This document shows positions 20,525-30,671 of a DNA stretch of 64,000 bases, piece after piece. The notes below the pieces were generated by a model. It was given only the letters and a program-made list of their open reading frames with translations, was not told where the DNA came from and searched no databases. The DNA comes from Leptolyngbyaceae cyanobacterium (GTDB lineage: Bacteria > Cyanobacteriota > Cyanobacteriia > Phormidesmidales > Phormidesmidaceae), in the NCBI GenBank assembly GCA_050331235.1, contig JBHJHA010000005.1, forward strand, positions 1 to 64,000. Direction: 5' to 3'. A program made the position numbers and the translations under genes. Each line of letters opens with the position of its first letter. Within the stretch, counting starts at the first letter, position 1.

Positions 20525-21481
20525 ATGCGAAACACTAAATCTTCTGACGCTGTCTACTCTTATCTCAAGTCCATTGGACGGGTTCCTCTCTTAACCCACG
20601 AGGAGGAAATCAATCTGGGTAAGCAAGTCAAGCAATTCATGCCCCTAGAGGAGATTTATGAAGAATTGGCAGAAACCCATCAACGGCAGCCTTCTTTTCA
20701 AGAGTGGGCGGACACGGCTAATATAAGTCGTTCTGAGCTTGAGCGTATTGTTCATGCCGGCAAGCGTGCCAAGCATAAGATGATCGAGGCCAATTTGCGT
20801 TTGGTGGTTTCCATTGCAAAGAAATACACCGATCGCAACCTTGACCTTCTGGATTTGATTCAAGAAGGGTCAATCGGTTTGAATCGAGCGGTGGAAAAGT
20901 TTGATCCTGCCAAAGGGTATCGTTTTAGTACTTACGCCTACTGGTGGATTCGTCAAGCCATGACCCGGGCGATTGCTGAAAAGAGCCGAGTGGTGCGTCT
21001 ACCCATCCACGTGACAGAAACACTCAACAAGATTAAGAAAGCCCAGCGCCAAATCACCCAGAAAATGGGACGCACAGCGACCATTGAAGAAGTGGCGGCA
21101 GAGCTGGATCTCACCCCCAAGCGGGTGCGCGACTGCATGCGTTTATCGAGACGCCCTTTGTCCCTAGAACTGCGAGTTGGTGATAACCAAGATACAGAGC
21201 TCGCTGATCTCCTTGAGTCAGATGACGATACTCCCGAAGACTTTGCAACCCAGCGAGCTTTGAAGTCTGACCTACGTGATTTGATGTCGGCACTTACACC
21301 CCAACAGCAAGAAGTTTTATCGTTGCGGTTTGGCCTGCAAGATGGGAACCCCCTATCGCTAGAAAAAGTGGGTCGACGGCTCAATATCAGTCGTGAGCGC
21401 GTGCGGCAACTTCAAAAGCAAGCTGTTGGCAAGTTGCGACAAAATCGCGGTCAGCTAAGAGAATATTTGGCTGCAGTTTAA
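20525..21481 (+). CDS. Group 2 sigma-70 factor (SigB-like)
   Basis: [54 protein letters not shown]; no region 1.1. Confidence 0.93.
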   Translation: MRNTKSSDAVYSYLKSIGRVPLLTHEEEINLGKQVKQFMPLEEIYEELAETHQRQPSFQEWADTANISRSELERIVHAGKRAKHKMIEANLRLVVSIAKKYTDRNLDLLDLIQEGSIGLNRAVEKFDPAKGYRFSTYAYWWIRQAMTRAIAEKSRVVRLPIHVTETLNKIKKAQRQITQKMGRTATIEEVAAELDLTPKRVRDCMRLSRRPLSLELRVGDNQDTELADLLESDDDTPEDFATQRALKSDLRDLMSALTPQQQEVLSLRFGLQDGNPLSLEKVGRRLNISRERVRQLQKQAVGKLRQNRGQLREYLAAV

Positions 21482-21551
21482 TAAAAAACAAAACTGCATC
21501 GGGAGGCCTTGCCGCTCATTGCAAGGTTTCATCGATTCCCACTCTATATAG

Positions 21552-21590
21552 CCCAATGGTCAAACTGTTTAGGTTTGGCCATTGGGTTTG
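21552..21590 (+). terminator. Stem-loop after the sigma factor gene
   Basis: CCCAATGGTCAAAC...GTTTGGCCATTGGG followed by TTT. Confidence 0.55.
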
Positions 21591-21825
21591 CTCGTTCGTA
21601 GGGGGAACAACTGCGGTCTCAGCTTTACCGCAACCGATGTCTTAATTGAGGCTGAGGTTAGCTGGGCTTAAACCAGGGCTGATTCGTCCAGTCTTTAATC
21701 CATGGGACAGTTTTGGGCGCTGACAAAAACACAGCACTGACCCCCTTACAATGTTGTATGTTTGACTTCGTTGGCTGATCCGCCATCAACCAAGCCGCGC
21801 CCAAAGCTAAAGGAGAAATCGCAAG

Positions 21826-22668
21826 ATGGCAAACGAAGAGCAACTTGCTAAGCTTCGCGCCGGTATCGAAGGCTGGAATCAGTGGCGGGACTCAACTCCT
21901 GATGCCAAAGTTGACCTCAGCCATGCGAATTTAGGGAATGCGGTGCTGACCGGGGCCAATCTTAACGGTGCTGATTTATCGCGTGTTAACTTTATCGGTG
22001 CCAACCTGTCGGAAACTAATTTGACGCGGGCTGATTTGAGCCGGGCTGATTTGAGCGGTGCAGATGTTAATAAGGCTAACCTCACCGGCGCGACGCTCAC
22101 CGGCGCAAATCTTTTAGGCGCGGATCTCGCTGAGACGACGTTACGTAAAGCCAACATGGGCGGAGTTAACCTTAATCGTTCAGATTTATCAAACGTCAAC
22201 TTGAGCGAGTGCAACCTCAGTAAAGCTAGCTTGATTGGGGTGGAAATGAGTCGAGCCGACTTGACTGCGGCTAATCTCAGCGGGGCTAATCTCAAGCGAG
22301 CCGAGCTGCAACGGACAAAACTGGCCCAAGCCGATCTTTCTCAAGCTAATCTCGAAGATGCTCGGCTTTTGAGTGCTGATCTGAGTGGGGCCAACCTGAG
22401 CGGGGCAAAACTACGCGGGGCTCGTCTCAACCGGGCAAATTTAGCAAAAGCCAACTTTACAGCAGCAGACCTCAAGGAAGCCAATCTTTTAGGCACTAAT
22501 CTGGTAGCGGCTGAACTAACGACAGCACAGCTAGATCAAGTCAATTTCAGTGGTGCCAACCTCACCAGTGCCAATTTTAAGGATGCCAGCTTAGAAGGCG
22601 CGGTTTTAGAAGGTGCGACGTTTCAAGAGACAGTAATGCCTGATGGTGCAGTGCGCTCGGAGTCATGA
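21826..22668 (+). CDS. Pentapeptide repeat protein
   Basis: A(D/N)Lxx repeats run through the protein; WNQWR N-terminus and MPDG C-terminus. Confidence 0.95.
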   Translation: MANEEQLAKLRAGIEGWNQWRDSTPDAKVDLSHANLGNAVLTGANLNGADLSRVNFIGANLSETNLTRADLSRADLSGADVNKANLTGATLTGANLLGADLAETTLRKANMGGVNLNRSDLSNVNLSECNLSKASLIGVEMSRADLTAANLSGANLKRAELQRTKLAQADLSQANLEDARLLSADLSGANLSGAKLRGARLNRANLAKANFTAADLKEANLLGTNLVAAELTTAQLDQVNFSGANLTSANFKDASLEGAVLEGATFQETVMPDGAVRSES

Positions 22669-23303
22669 TTGGGTTAGCTATTCATACCAGCAGTCCAGAG
22701 TTGGGCTTAGCCTTGGTCGATCTAGAGCAAACCACTCAGCGATCGCAGGTGTGGCCACTGGGCCGCGACCTCACCGCCTATTTACATACCTGTTTGACCG
22801 AGTTTACCCAGGGATATGCTTGGTCAGAGCTGGCCTATATTGCCGTGGCTAAGGGACCGGGGGGCTTTACAGGCACCCGGATCGGCGTGGTGGTTGCCCG
22901 TACCTTGGCTCAGCAGCTCGAGATTCCACTGTTTGGCATTTCAAGTTTGGCCGCGATCGCCCAATATGCCCGCTCACTAGACCATGCTCACAGCCAATCG
23001 CCTCAGCACACCGCCATTTCCCTCAGGGCACAGCGAGGGGAAGTCTTTGGCGCAATTTTTGACCATTCCCAGCTTCCAGTGATGCCAGTTTTGTCAGAAG
23101 CGCTATATGCCCAAGCCGACTGGGATGCTAAACGACAGGGCTGGCCCACTTCTTGCCGCCATGTCATGGCAGACGGGGGCTTGGCGAAGACCGTCACCGG
23201 GGTCATGGCCTTGGCCGAACATCGATGGCAACAGGGCGATCGCCCTCACTGGAGCACTGTCTTACCCTACTATGGACAACATCCGGTGCCGTCGCTAGGA
23301 TAA
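22665..23303 (+). CDS. tsaB: tRNA threonylcarbamoyladenosine biosynthesis protein TsaB
   Basis: GLAIHTSS, VAKGPGGFTGTRIG; ATGA overlap with the upstream gene. Confidence 0.92.
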   Translation: MIGLAIHTSSPELGLALVDLEQTTQRSQVWPLGRDLTAYLHTCLTEFTQGYAWSELAYIAVAKGPGGFTGTRIGVVVARTLAQQLEIPLFGISSLAAIAQYARSLDHAHSQSPQHTAISLRAQRGEVFGAIFDHSQLPVMPVLSEALYAQADWDAKRQGWPTSCRHVMADGGLAKTVTGVMALAEHRWQQGDRPHWSTVLPYYGQHPVPSLG

Positions 23304-23339
23304 ATCCGTTGAAAAGCGGCGCGGTCATAGCCTGGACAC

Positions 23340-23870
23340 TCACGCTGACTGCAGGTTTTGCTGTAGTGCTTGTACTTGCTGCAGCTGATGCATATGGTGA
23401 AAAAGTTGCCAGCAGTACTGTTCTGGCAGTCCACAGGTGTAAGCCCCCCGCAATACGACGCTGAAATACCAATCGTTGGGCGCAATTTCTTGAGTCAGCT
23501 TTTCTTGCACTGTGTAGGTTCGTACATTGGCATAGGCTTGCCCAAAGCAGTTCACCGTAATGAGCTCATGGCGATAGCCTACCTCCCGCTCATCTAGAGG
23601 GGCGCTCAACCGTTGCGGCAGCCGATATAGCACTCCCTCTACGGCCTGCCCAATATCTTGAGTAATATCCAAGACGCCGCAATTGCGAAACTCTGACTTG
23701 CGAAAAAAGCCCAGACGATACCCAGGCAGTTTTGCCGGTCCGACAACATAGTGATGGGTGTTTTCTCCCAGCGATCGCTTGAGGTCAACAGGGCACATGC
23801 ATGACCCATAGGCAAAGTAATAAAAGCTGGGTTCCTGAGGAGATGTCATGGAAAGCGTATTAACCGCCAT
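23340..23870 (-). CDS. Gamma-glutamylcyclotransferase (AIG2-like) family protein
   Basis: YYFAYGSCM, VEGVLYRL, LDEREVGY. Confidence 0.85.
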   Translation of the reverse strand: MAVNTLSMTSPQEPSFYYFAYGSCMCPVDLKRSLGENTHHYVVGPAKLPGYRLGFFRKSEFRNCGVLDITQDIGQAVEGVLYRLPQRLSAPLDEREVGYRHELITVNCFGQAYANVRTYTVQEKLTQEIAPNDWYFSVVLRGAYTCGLPEQYCWQLFHHMHQLQQVQALQQNLQSA

Positions 23871-24024
23871 AGCCTGCTGTACTGCTGGAGATATTTAGGG
23901 ATTGTATCAAAAATATTATCCCTTGGATCCGTTGATCTACGCTATTCCGATGAAGATACCGTGGATTCGGCGCTCAACCGCTGGACTCAACGATTAGAGA
24001 GGGTTTGTCCGGCTGCGATCGTGA

Positions 24025-24849
24025 TTATTTGGCATGACTCTGCGATCGACTGTCCCCAGGGCGAAAAAGATGGGAGTGGTCAGGACTGTAAAGCCGCGAT
24101 CGCACATCTGCCCCCGCCAGTGCTGGACTGATGATATACAGCGTTGTCCGTGTCAGGCGTTCTCGGCGGCTGAGCTGAGCCATCTCGGTAAGGGGCACAA
24201 GCCAAATTTTTTCGTCGGGCCACCCTACCCGGAAGCAAATTGCTACAGGTGTCTCAGGGGCATAGTGCAGCAATAATTGCGTCTGCGAAGTCTCTACGTG
24301 GCGAGCACTGAGATATAAACATAAGCTCGTCTTGTGGGCAGCCAAGGTGGCAAGCTCTTCGGCCTCAGGTACTTGGGTGCGGCCACTGATCCGGGTCAGA
24401 ATGATGGACTGCACCAAGCCGGGAATCGTCAGCTCGGCATTGAGCGTTGCCGCTGCTGCTTGAAAAGCGCTAATCCCTGGAATCACCTCAAACGGGATGG
24501 CCGCCGCGGCGAGTGCTTGAATTTGCTCATGAATCGCGCTGTATAAACTAGGGTCACCAGACTGTAACCGCACCACGGACTTGCCCGCTCGAACCCGCTC
24601 AATCATCAGCGGTACGATATCTTCTAGGGTAAGACTAGCCGTAGCTACTTTTTCGGCGTCTGCTCGCATCCAGGTTAATAGCTGAGGCGGCACTAACGAA
24701 TTGGCATAGACAACGACATCGGCCTGCTGCAACAGCCGTTGTCCGCGGACGGTGATTAAGTCAGGATCTCCTGGTCCGGCCCCCAACAAATACACCCCCG
24801 GTTTTAAAGCCGGCTCTGCGGTAGACGGTGGAGCAGACGAAAGCGTCAT
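24025..24849 (-). CDS. cobM: Precorrin-4 C11-methyltransferase
   Basis: GAGPGDPDLITVRG, VVRLQSGDPSLY, ELTIPGLVQSIILTR, SRLYS. Confidence 0.93.
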   Translation of the reverse strand: MTLSSAPPSTAEPALKPGVYLLGAGPGDPDLITVRGQRLLQQADVVVYANSLVPPQLLTWMRADAEKVATASLTLEDIVPLMIERVRAGKSVVRLQSGDPSLYSAIHEQIQALAAAAIPFEVIPGISAFQAAAATLNAELTIPGLVQSIILTRISGRTQVPEAEELATLAAHKTSLCLYLSARHVETSQTQLLLHYAPETPVAICFRVGWPDEKIWLVPLTEMAQLSRRERLTRTTLYIISPALAGADVRSRLYSPDHSHLFRPGDSRSQSHAK

Positions 24850-25039
24850 ATTGGCTGCCTATTGGAAACTGTGAGGTTCTTAGCTTAGCTTGCTCGCCAC
24901 TGAGGCAGAGGAAATTTGAAGAGGCTGGGATGTTTTTTTAGGTCGCACCCTCCGACAGATCCTCCCTCAGTTAGTAGCTATGTTGAAACGCTCTTTACTA
25001 CCTTAAGGCATACCACCCAGAGACTAGAGCACCCCACCC

Positions 25040-26881
25040 ATGGCATATCAGCCTATCGAAAATTACGGCATTATCGGCAACATGCGCACCACGGCCTTAG
25101 TCTCTTTGGATGGCTCAATTGACTGGTATTGCTTTCCTCGGCACGACTCTCCTAGCGTTTTTGGGGCAATTTTAGATGAAGATAAGGGGGGATTCTTCCA
25201 AATTAAGGCCAACCTTGAAGAGGTCAGTCAAAAACAGTTCTATTGGCCAGAAACCAATGTCTTAGTAACTCGGTTTTCTTCCGATACGGCGATCGGCGAA
25301 GTCATTGACTTTATGCCGATCGCTACGGATACCCCCGATCAATGGCTGATTCGTCAAGTGAGAGCCAAGCGATGTTCGATGCGCTTTTACCTCAAGTGCT
25401 ATCCGGCCTTTGACTATGGGCGCGATCGCCACGACGTTAAACTTGTCGATCAAGGGGCTGTATTCCTTTCTTCGGGACTCAATTTAGCCTTGATCACGGA
25501 TATCGAGTTGGAGTCAGATGGGCAGGGCGTTACGGCTGAGTTCGTTTTAGAAGAAGATGAATCCCTCGTTTTTGTCCTACGACAAATCAGCGATGCGGAT
25601 CACTGCAGTGCACCAGTGTCTGGCGACCAGGCAGAAGCGCTGTTTACCCAAACGGTCTGTTACTGGCGCAACTGGCTCTCCCAAAGCGTTTATAAGGGGC
25701 TCTGGCGCGGCATGGTTGAGCGTTCGGCTCTGGTGCTCAAGCTACTCACCTATGAGCCTACCGGCGCCATCATTGCGGCTCCCACAACGAGCCTGCCGGA
25801 AAACATTGGCGGCGAGCGGAATTGGGACTATCGCTATACGTGGCTGCGTGACGCGGCATTCACTGTGTATGCCCTACTGCGGGTAGGCTTTACTCGAGAG
25901 GCCGCTGACTTTATGGGCTGGATTCAGGCACGTTGTCGAGAGTTAAAAGATGGCGACACGCTACAGGTGATGTACAGCATTGATGGCGATCGCCATCTTG
26001 AAGAGCAGTATCTGGAGCATCTTTCGGGCTACAAAAATTCGCAACCGGTGCGCATCGGCAACGCGGCCTATGACCAGCTTCAGCTCGATATTTATGGTGA
26101 ACTGATGGATTCGGTCTATTTGTACAACAAATATGGCTCACCGATTTCCTATGATTTCTGGCAACAGCTGCGGCAGCTGTTGGACTGGGTCTGCGATAGC
26201 TTTTACCTCTCTGACGAAGGCGTTTGGGAATCCCGTGGGGGTAAAAAGCAGTATGTTTACTCCAAACTGATGTGTTGGGTGGCGCTCGATCGCGGTCTAC
26301 GCTTGGCCGACAAGCGATCATTCCCAGCGGATCATCAAACCTGGCGGGACGTGCGCGATCGCATTTATCAAGAGATTTTTGAAAAGGGCTGGAATGAAGA
26401 ACTACAGTCCTTTGTCCAAGCCTATGGCGGCGACTCTTTAGATGCAGGTTGTTTGGTCATGCCGCTGGTCTTCTTTATGTCTCCGAATGATCCGCGTATG
26501 CTCAAGACCTTAGAACGGGTCCAAAAACCGCCGCGCCAGGGGGGGCTCACCGCCAGCAGTTTCGTCTACCGATACAATCCCGCCGTTTCCGATGACGGTT
26601 TAGAGGGCAAAGAGGGGACCTTCAACATGTGTACCTTTTGGCTCGTCGAAGCCCTAACCCGAGCTGGCAAAACTGATCCTCAGTACCTTGATCAGGCCCG
26701 CCTCATTTTTGAAGAGATGCTGACCTATGCTAACCACCTCGGCCTCTACGCCGAGGAAATGAGTGTCAACGGCATGTCGCTGGGCAACTTTCCCCAAGCC
26801 TTTACTCATATCGCGCTGATCAGTGCCGCTTGGAACCTCAACGAAGCTCTAGAAGCAAGTGCCCGAAGAACTTGCACCTAG
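25040..26881 (+). CDS. Glycoside hydrolase family 15 (glucoamylase/trehalase-like)
   Basis: [39 protein letters not shown]. Confidence 0.92.
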   Translation: MAYQPIENYGIIGNMRTTALVSLDGSIDWYCFPRHDSPSVFGAILDEDKGGFFQIKANLEEVSQKQFYWPETNVLVTRFSSDTAIGEVIDFMPIATDTPDQWLIRQVRAKRCSMRFYLKCYPAFDYGRDRHDVKLVDQGAVFLSSGLNLALITDIELESDGQGVTAEFVLEEDESLVFVLRQISDADHCSAPVSGDQAEALFTQTVCYWRNWLSQSVYKGLWRGMVERSALVLKLLTYEPTGAIIAAPTTSLPENIGGERNWDYRYTWLRDAAFTVYALLRVGFTREAADFMGWIQARCRELKDGDTLQVMYSIDGDRHLEEQYLEHLSGYKNSQPVRIGNAAYDQLQLDIYGELMDSVYLYNKYGSPISYDFWQQLRQLLDWVCDSFYLSDEGVWESRGGKKQYVYSKLMCWVALDRGLRLADKRSFPADHQTWRDVRDRIYQEIFEKGWNEELQSFVQAYGGDSLDAGCLVMPLVFFMSPNDPRMLKTLERVQKPPRQGGLTASSFVYRYNPAVSDDGLEGKEGTFNMCTFWLVEALTRAGKTDPQYLDQARLIFEEMLTYANHLGLYAEEMSVNGMSLGNFPQAFTHIALISAAWNLNEALEASARRTCT

Positions 26882-27098
26882 CCCTTGTCTGGTTGCCGTC
26901 AGCAACCGATATGCCACTGGCGGCCCGACCAAAAGTGCTGAGGTGTGGCGATCGCCGTCTCTACCCCTTGGCCTCTAACCTTCCTATCCTTTTCCCGGTC
27001 TGTGTTCTCAGCTCTGGCCAAGGGTTCGGTTCCGATCAGGGCCTGCTAAATCGCATTAGGTGGATGATTCTCGCGATTTCGGGTTGTCCATTGTTGGT

Positions 27099-28178
27099 TT
27101 AGGGGGTATTTCTGGACTTTAGGGCCGGTCCCACAACGGCAGCGAGTTCCTGTAACGCAATTTCAGTCATTTCCCAACCAACGCAAGCATCAGTGATCGA
27201 AACCCCAGGGCGAATGTCTTCGAGATCGTCAGGAATCGGTTGGTTTCCCTCTTGCAAATTGCTTTCTAACATGACGCCAATAATCGACTGACGGCCATTC
27301 TGAATCTGGTGGGCAACTGCTTTTAGCACTTCTAATTGCTTGCGCCAGTCCTTACGGGAGTTACCGTGGCTGCAATCAATCATGACGTTAGGCTGATGAC
27401 CGGCTTTGGCCAGAGCCGCTTCGCAGGCGGCCACACTCTCGCCATCATAGTTGGGCGCCTTGCCCCCCCTGAGAATCACATGGCAATGAGGATTTCCCTC
27501 GGTCCGAAAGACCGCTACCTTACCCTCGCCCGTCACGCTGATAAAACTATGGTTGGCAGACGCTGAGCGAATCGCATTGATCGCCACCATCAGTTCACCA
27601 TCTACGTTGTTCTTAAACCCAATGGCTGAAGAGATGCCACTTGCCAACTTGCGATGGGTCGGCGACTCCGTTGTCCGGGCCCCGATCGCTGTCCAACTAA
27701 CAAGATCCTGTAGATACTGAGGCGATATCAAGTCCAAGGCTTCGATCGCGATCGGTAGACCGATTTCCGCAATGTCTAACATTAACTTGCGACCAATCCG
27801 AATGCCGTGGTCGATGCGATGGCTGCCATCCAAGTACGGATCGTAAATTAGTCCTTCCCACCCCACAGAAGTGCGGGGCTTTTCAAAATAAACCCGCATG
27901 AGGATGAGCAAACTCTCCGCCAACTCGTCGGCCAGTGGTTTCAAACGCCGGGCATATTCCAAAGCCTCGTCGGGATTGTGAATAGAGCAAGGCCCGACCA
28001 CGACGATGAGCCGCGATTCTTGACGATCAAGGGTCGCTTTCACTGCACGATGACCTTCCAAAACTGTCTTGAGGGCTCGTCCCTCTAGCCGGAATTCCTG
28101 CTTCAGCTCATTGGGTGGTGGCAATTCCTCATAGCCGGTGATGTGGAGATTATCGATCGCTTTCAAGGTCTCGCTCAT
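27099..28178 (-). CDS. aroF: 3-deoxy-7-phosphoheptulonate (DAHP) synthase, type I-alpha
   Basis: GPCSIH, MRVYFEKPRT, IGARTTES, DCSHGNS, SITDAC. Confidence 0.9.
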   Translation of the reverse strand: MSETLKAIDNLHITGYEELPPPNELKQEFRLEGRALKTVLEGHRAVKATLDRQESRLIVVVGPCSIHNPDEALEYARRLKPLADELAESLLILMRVYFEKPRTSVGWEGLIYDPYLDGSHRIDHGIRIGRKLMLDIAEIGLPIAIEALDLISPQYLQDLVSWTAIGARTTESPTHRKLASGISSAIGFKNNVDGELMVAINAIRSASANHSFISVTGEGKVAVFRTEGNPHCHVILRGGKAPNYDGESVAACEAALAKAGHQPNVMIDCSHGNSRKDWRKQLEVLKAVAHQIQNGRQSIIGVMLESNLQEGNQPIPDDLEDIRPGVSITDACVGWEMTEIALQELAAVVGPALKSRNTP

Positions 28179-28406
28179 AGTGCTACTCTGCTGCTTTGCG
28201 CAGCCAGGAAGAATCAAGGAAACTGCTTCTTCACTCTAAAGTCTCAACCGCCTCCTTGTCTTGCCGTCGCCAGTGCTCCCTGACCCCCCACTTCATCTAG
28301 CCGCAAAATGAGGGTGCTACTAGCTGAAAAGTCTACGGCTGTCGCCTCAAGAAAACTCCTCACTAATGGCTGAGCATGCCAGCAAGGAGCATGTCGATCA
28401 CCCCCT

Positions 28407-29147
28407 TCACCGCGTTTTCTCTAAATCGGGCGATCGCCGCTGACAAACGGGGTGTTTCCAGAAATTGAGAATTGTTTTAGCTGTAGGCTGCGGGGACTCA
28501 TAATGGAAAAAGTGACGCCCCTCAGGACATCGCCAAATGCGATCGCCTGACTTTAAAAATGCATTCCACTGCAGCTGAGAATTGGGATCGAGAATCACGT
28601 CTTGAGCCCCCTGGCAGACTAATAAGGGGACCGAGACACCACTCAGCAGTAAGCCATCTTGAGAAGTCAAGCTGTGGGGAGCAAGCTCTCGATCAAGCAC
28701 GTCACTTAAAAGCTGCCCGACGCGACAAGCTTGCCTGGGGGGACAAGGACCAAACAGTAATCTCACTATCTGTTGCAAGACCATAGTGCGATCGCAAGGC
28801 AATAGATTTCTGAGTGCATAGTAGTGACTATGCCAACTAATCTTTGGGTCTGCGCCGACCGACAGCAGCGTCAGAGACTGTACGTGCTGTGGATATTGCC
28901 GGGCGTACATCAGGGCCAAAACCCCACTGAGGCTATGTCCCAGCAAATGAACTGGCAAAGATAATTCCTGAATGTACCCATGGAGTAACGCAATTGCTCC
29001 TACTAAGTCGCATGGTTCATCAGGGGTTTGTGAATATTCCCAGCAGTGAGTTGCCGTCTGGCGACTGAGTCGTTTTAGCAAAGGCCAGTCAAATTGTTTC
29101 AAGCTGGGGTTGGCAGATAGCCATAACCCATCAGGCGGTGTCAGCAT
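28407..29147 (-). CDS. Alpha/beta fold hydrolase
   Basis: GHSLSG nucleophile elbow, GAQDVI, GRHFFHY; GAGGA RBS. Confidence 0.88.
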   Translation of the reverse strand: MLTPPDGLWLSANPSLKQFDWPLLKRLSRQTATHCWEYSQTPDEPCDLVGAIALLHGYIQELSLPVHLLGHSLSGVLALMYARQYPQHVQSLTLLSVGADPKISWHSHYYALRNLLPCDRTMVLQQIVRLLFGPCPPRQACRVGQLLSDVLDRELAPHSLTSQDGLLLSGVSVPLLVCQGAQDVILDPNSQLQWNAFLKSGDRIWRCPEGRHFFHYESPQPTAKTILNFWKHPVCQRRSPDLEKTR

Positions 29148-29169
29148 CTCAATTCCTCTGAATTTAGTA

Positions 29170-29211
29170 AAAGCTGGCAACCAGTTCCTCCCGCGACACT
29201 GATTGCCAGCC
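29170..29211 (-). terminator. Intergenic hairpin with U-tract between isiB and the hydrolase gene
   Basis: Minus strand GCTGGCAATCAGT...ACTGGTTGCCAGC-TTTT. Confidence 0.55.
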
Positions 29212-29344
29212 AAAATCTAGACGGTTGGTAAGTCCCCCCAAACACACCCGTTGAGTCAGCGAACGGATGAACCTTTGGTCAAGGAACGTGAGTTCTGGAC
29301 AGCGTTCCGGTGCTATCCCGAACTCAGGTCAAATAAGCCAAAGG

Positions 29345-29857
29345 TCAAAGACCAAAGGCCGCTTTCAGTTGACGACACCAGGCTTGAATGCGCTCTTCGG
29401 TCTTGTCAGATTCGTTGTCATCATCTAGCGCTAGGCCACAGAACTGACCGTCACGTAGCGCTTTGGAGTTAGTGTGCTCGTAGCCATCAGCGGACCAATA
29501 GCCGACTGTCTTGCCCCCTAATTCAGAAATCCTTTCCTCCAAAATGCCCATAGCGTCTTGGAAGTTGTCAGCATAGCCAACTTGATCCCCCGTGCCGAAA
29601 TAGGCAACAGTTTTGCCGCTAAAGTCCACGTCACCCAAATCTTCAAGAACGGCATCCCAGTCATCTTGGACATCGCCAATATTCCAAGTGGGGCAGCCGA
29701 TGACGAGGTAGTCATAATCGGCCAAGTCCTCCACGCTTTTTTCGCTGATGTCAAAGATATCAACAGCGCGATCGCCGCCTAACGCCGCTTGTATTTGTTC
29801 TGCTGCGTCGGCAGTCTTGCCAGTAGTAGAACCGTAAAATAATCCAACTTTTGCCAT
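29345..29857 (-). CDS. isiB: Long-chain flavodoxin
   Basis: GLFYGSTTGKT, GCPTWNIG, FGTGDQVGYADNFQDA, GLALDDDN. Confidence 0.95.
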   Translation of the reverse strand: MAKVGLFYGSTTGKTADAAEQIQAALGGDRAVDIFDISEKSVEDLADYDYLVIGCPTWNIGDVQDDWDAVLEDLGDVDFSGKTVAYFGTGDQVGYADNFQDAMGILEERISELGGKTVGYWSADGYEHTNSKALRDGQFCGLALDDDNESDKTEERIQAWCRQLKAAFGL

Positions 29858-30012
29858 GGTGTTTGCTCTTCAAATGTCAGTGAAAGTATTGGTGGTGGCG
29901 ACCTTAGCCAGGCCGTCAACCTAACTGGAGCAACCGAAATACTGGAACGACGAGAAATGCCTAGTCACTATAGACACTCAGCAGGATCGGCCAGTGTTTG
30001 GCTGGCTCCATA

Positions 30013-30190
30013 AAAGAGAAAAATTCTCAATAGTATTCGGTATTTCTGCCGTTTGAGGAGTTTGTATCTCTCTTTTGGCAGCAAGGGTGAAGACAGGCTC
30101 CCCTCTATAAACAACTCGCTTATTGAATTTGTTTCTCAATAGCTTCGCTCACTATACTCCATCTTCTCCTTAATGAGAAATTTTCTTGTT
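30013..30190 (-). promoter_or_regulatory. Putative iron-repressed promoter with three Fur-like boxes
   Basis: Minus-strand TTCTCA(30174-30179)-N17-TATAGT(30151-30156); TGAGAA-based inverted repeats at 30013-30031, 30121-30141 and 30172-30190. Confidence 0.65.
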
Positions 30191-30671
30191 AAGCGAGATG
30201 AAAGTACCCTCTGAAAATAGTCGCTCTGGAGTCGGGGTGTGTTGGAGTGCGGGAGTTTGGTGCTCAATCCCTGGTTCGTTTGGAGTGATTAGGGGCGCAA
30301 CGCCGGTAGTCAGTGTGACCAATTGGGTGTCCTGGTGCCCTTACCTCAAAAACTGTTCAAAAAACGGGCTCAACAAGTTAGCGCAACTCCTTGATCACTG
30401 CTGAATCGGCCTGAAGCTTGTTGGGCGAAGGTCCTAGAGGTGTCGCCCAACGCGATCTCGCTGGACAGGTGATGTGCTTGATTGGTGCAATAGTCAAAAC
30501 TAGTGAGAGTCCCATTAAGCAGCTCAAATTAACAGCCCACAGGCGACCTTTTCAGGGGGTGCATTCAGGCGACGCAAGCCGATGCCGTTGAAGCCATGGA
30601 CTAATTTGAGCTAGTGGATCTCGACAGTTTGTCTAGTGTAGAGGCTGCGTACGATCGCCTTTCACATGGGC

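Noticed and set aside
21900..22630. 15-bp periodicity
   Set aside because: Explained by the pentapeptide repeat protein; not a CRISPR array or DNA repeat.
30040..30070. IsaR1 sRNA
   Set aside because: Only a vague resemblance to my recollection of the sequence; it needs a covariance-model search.
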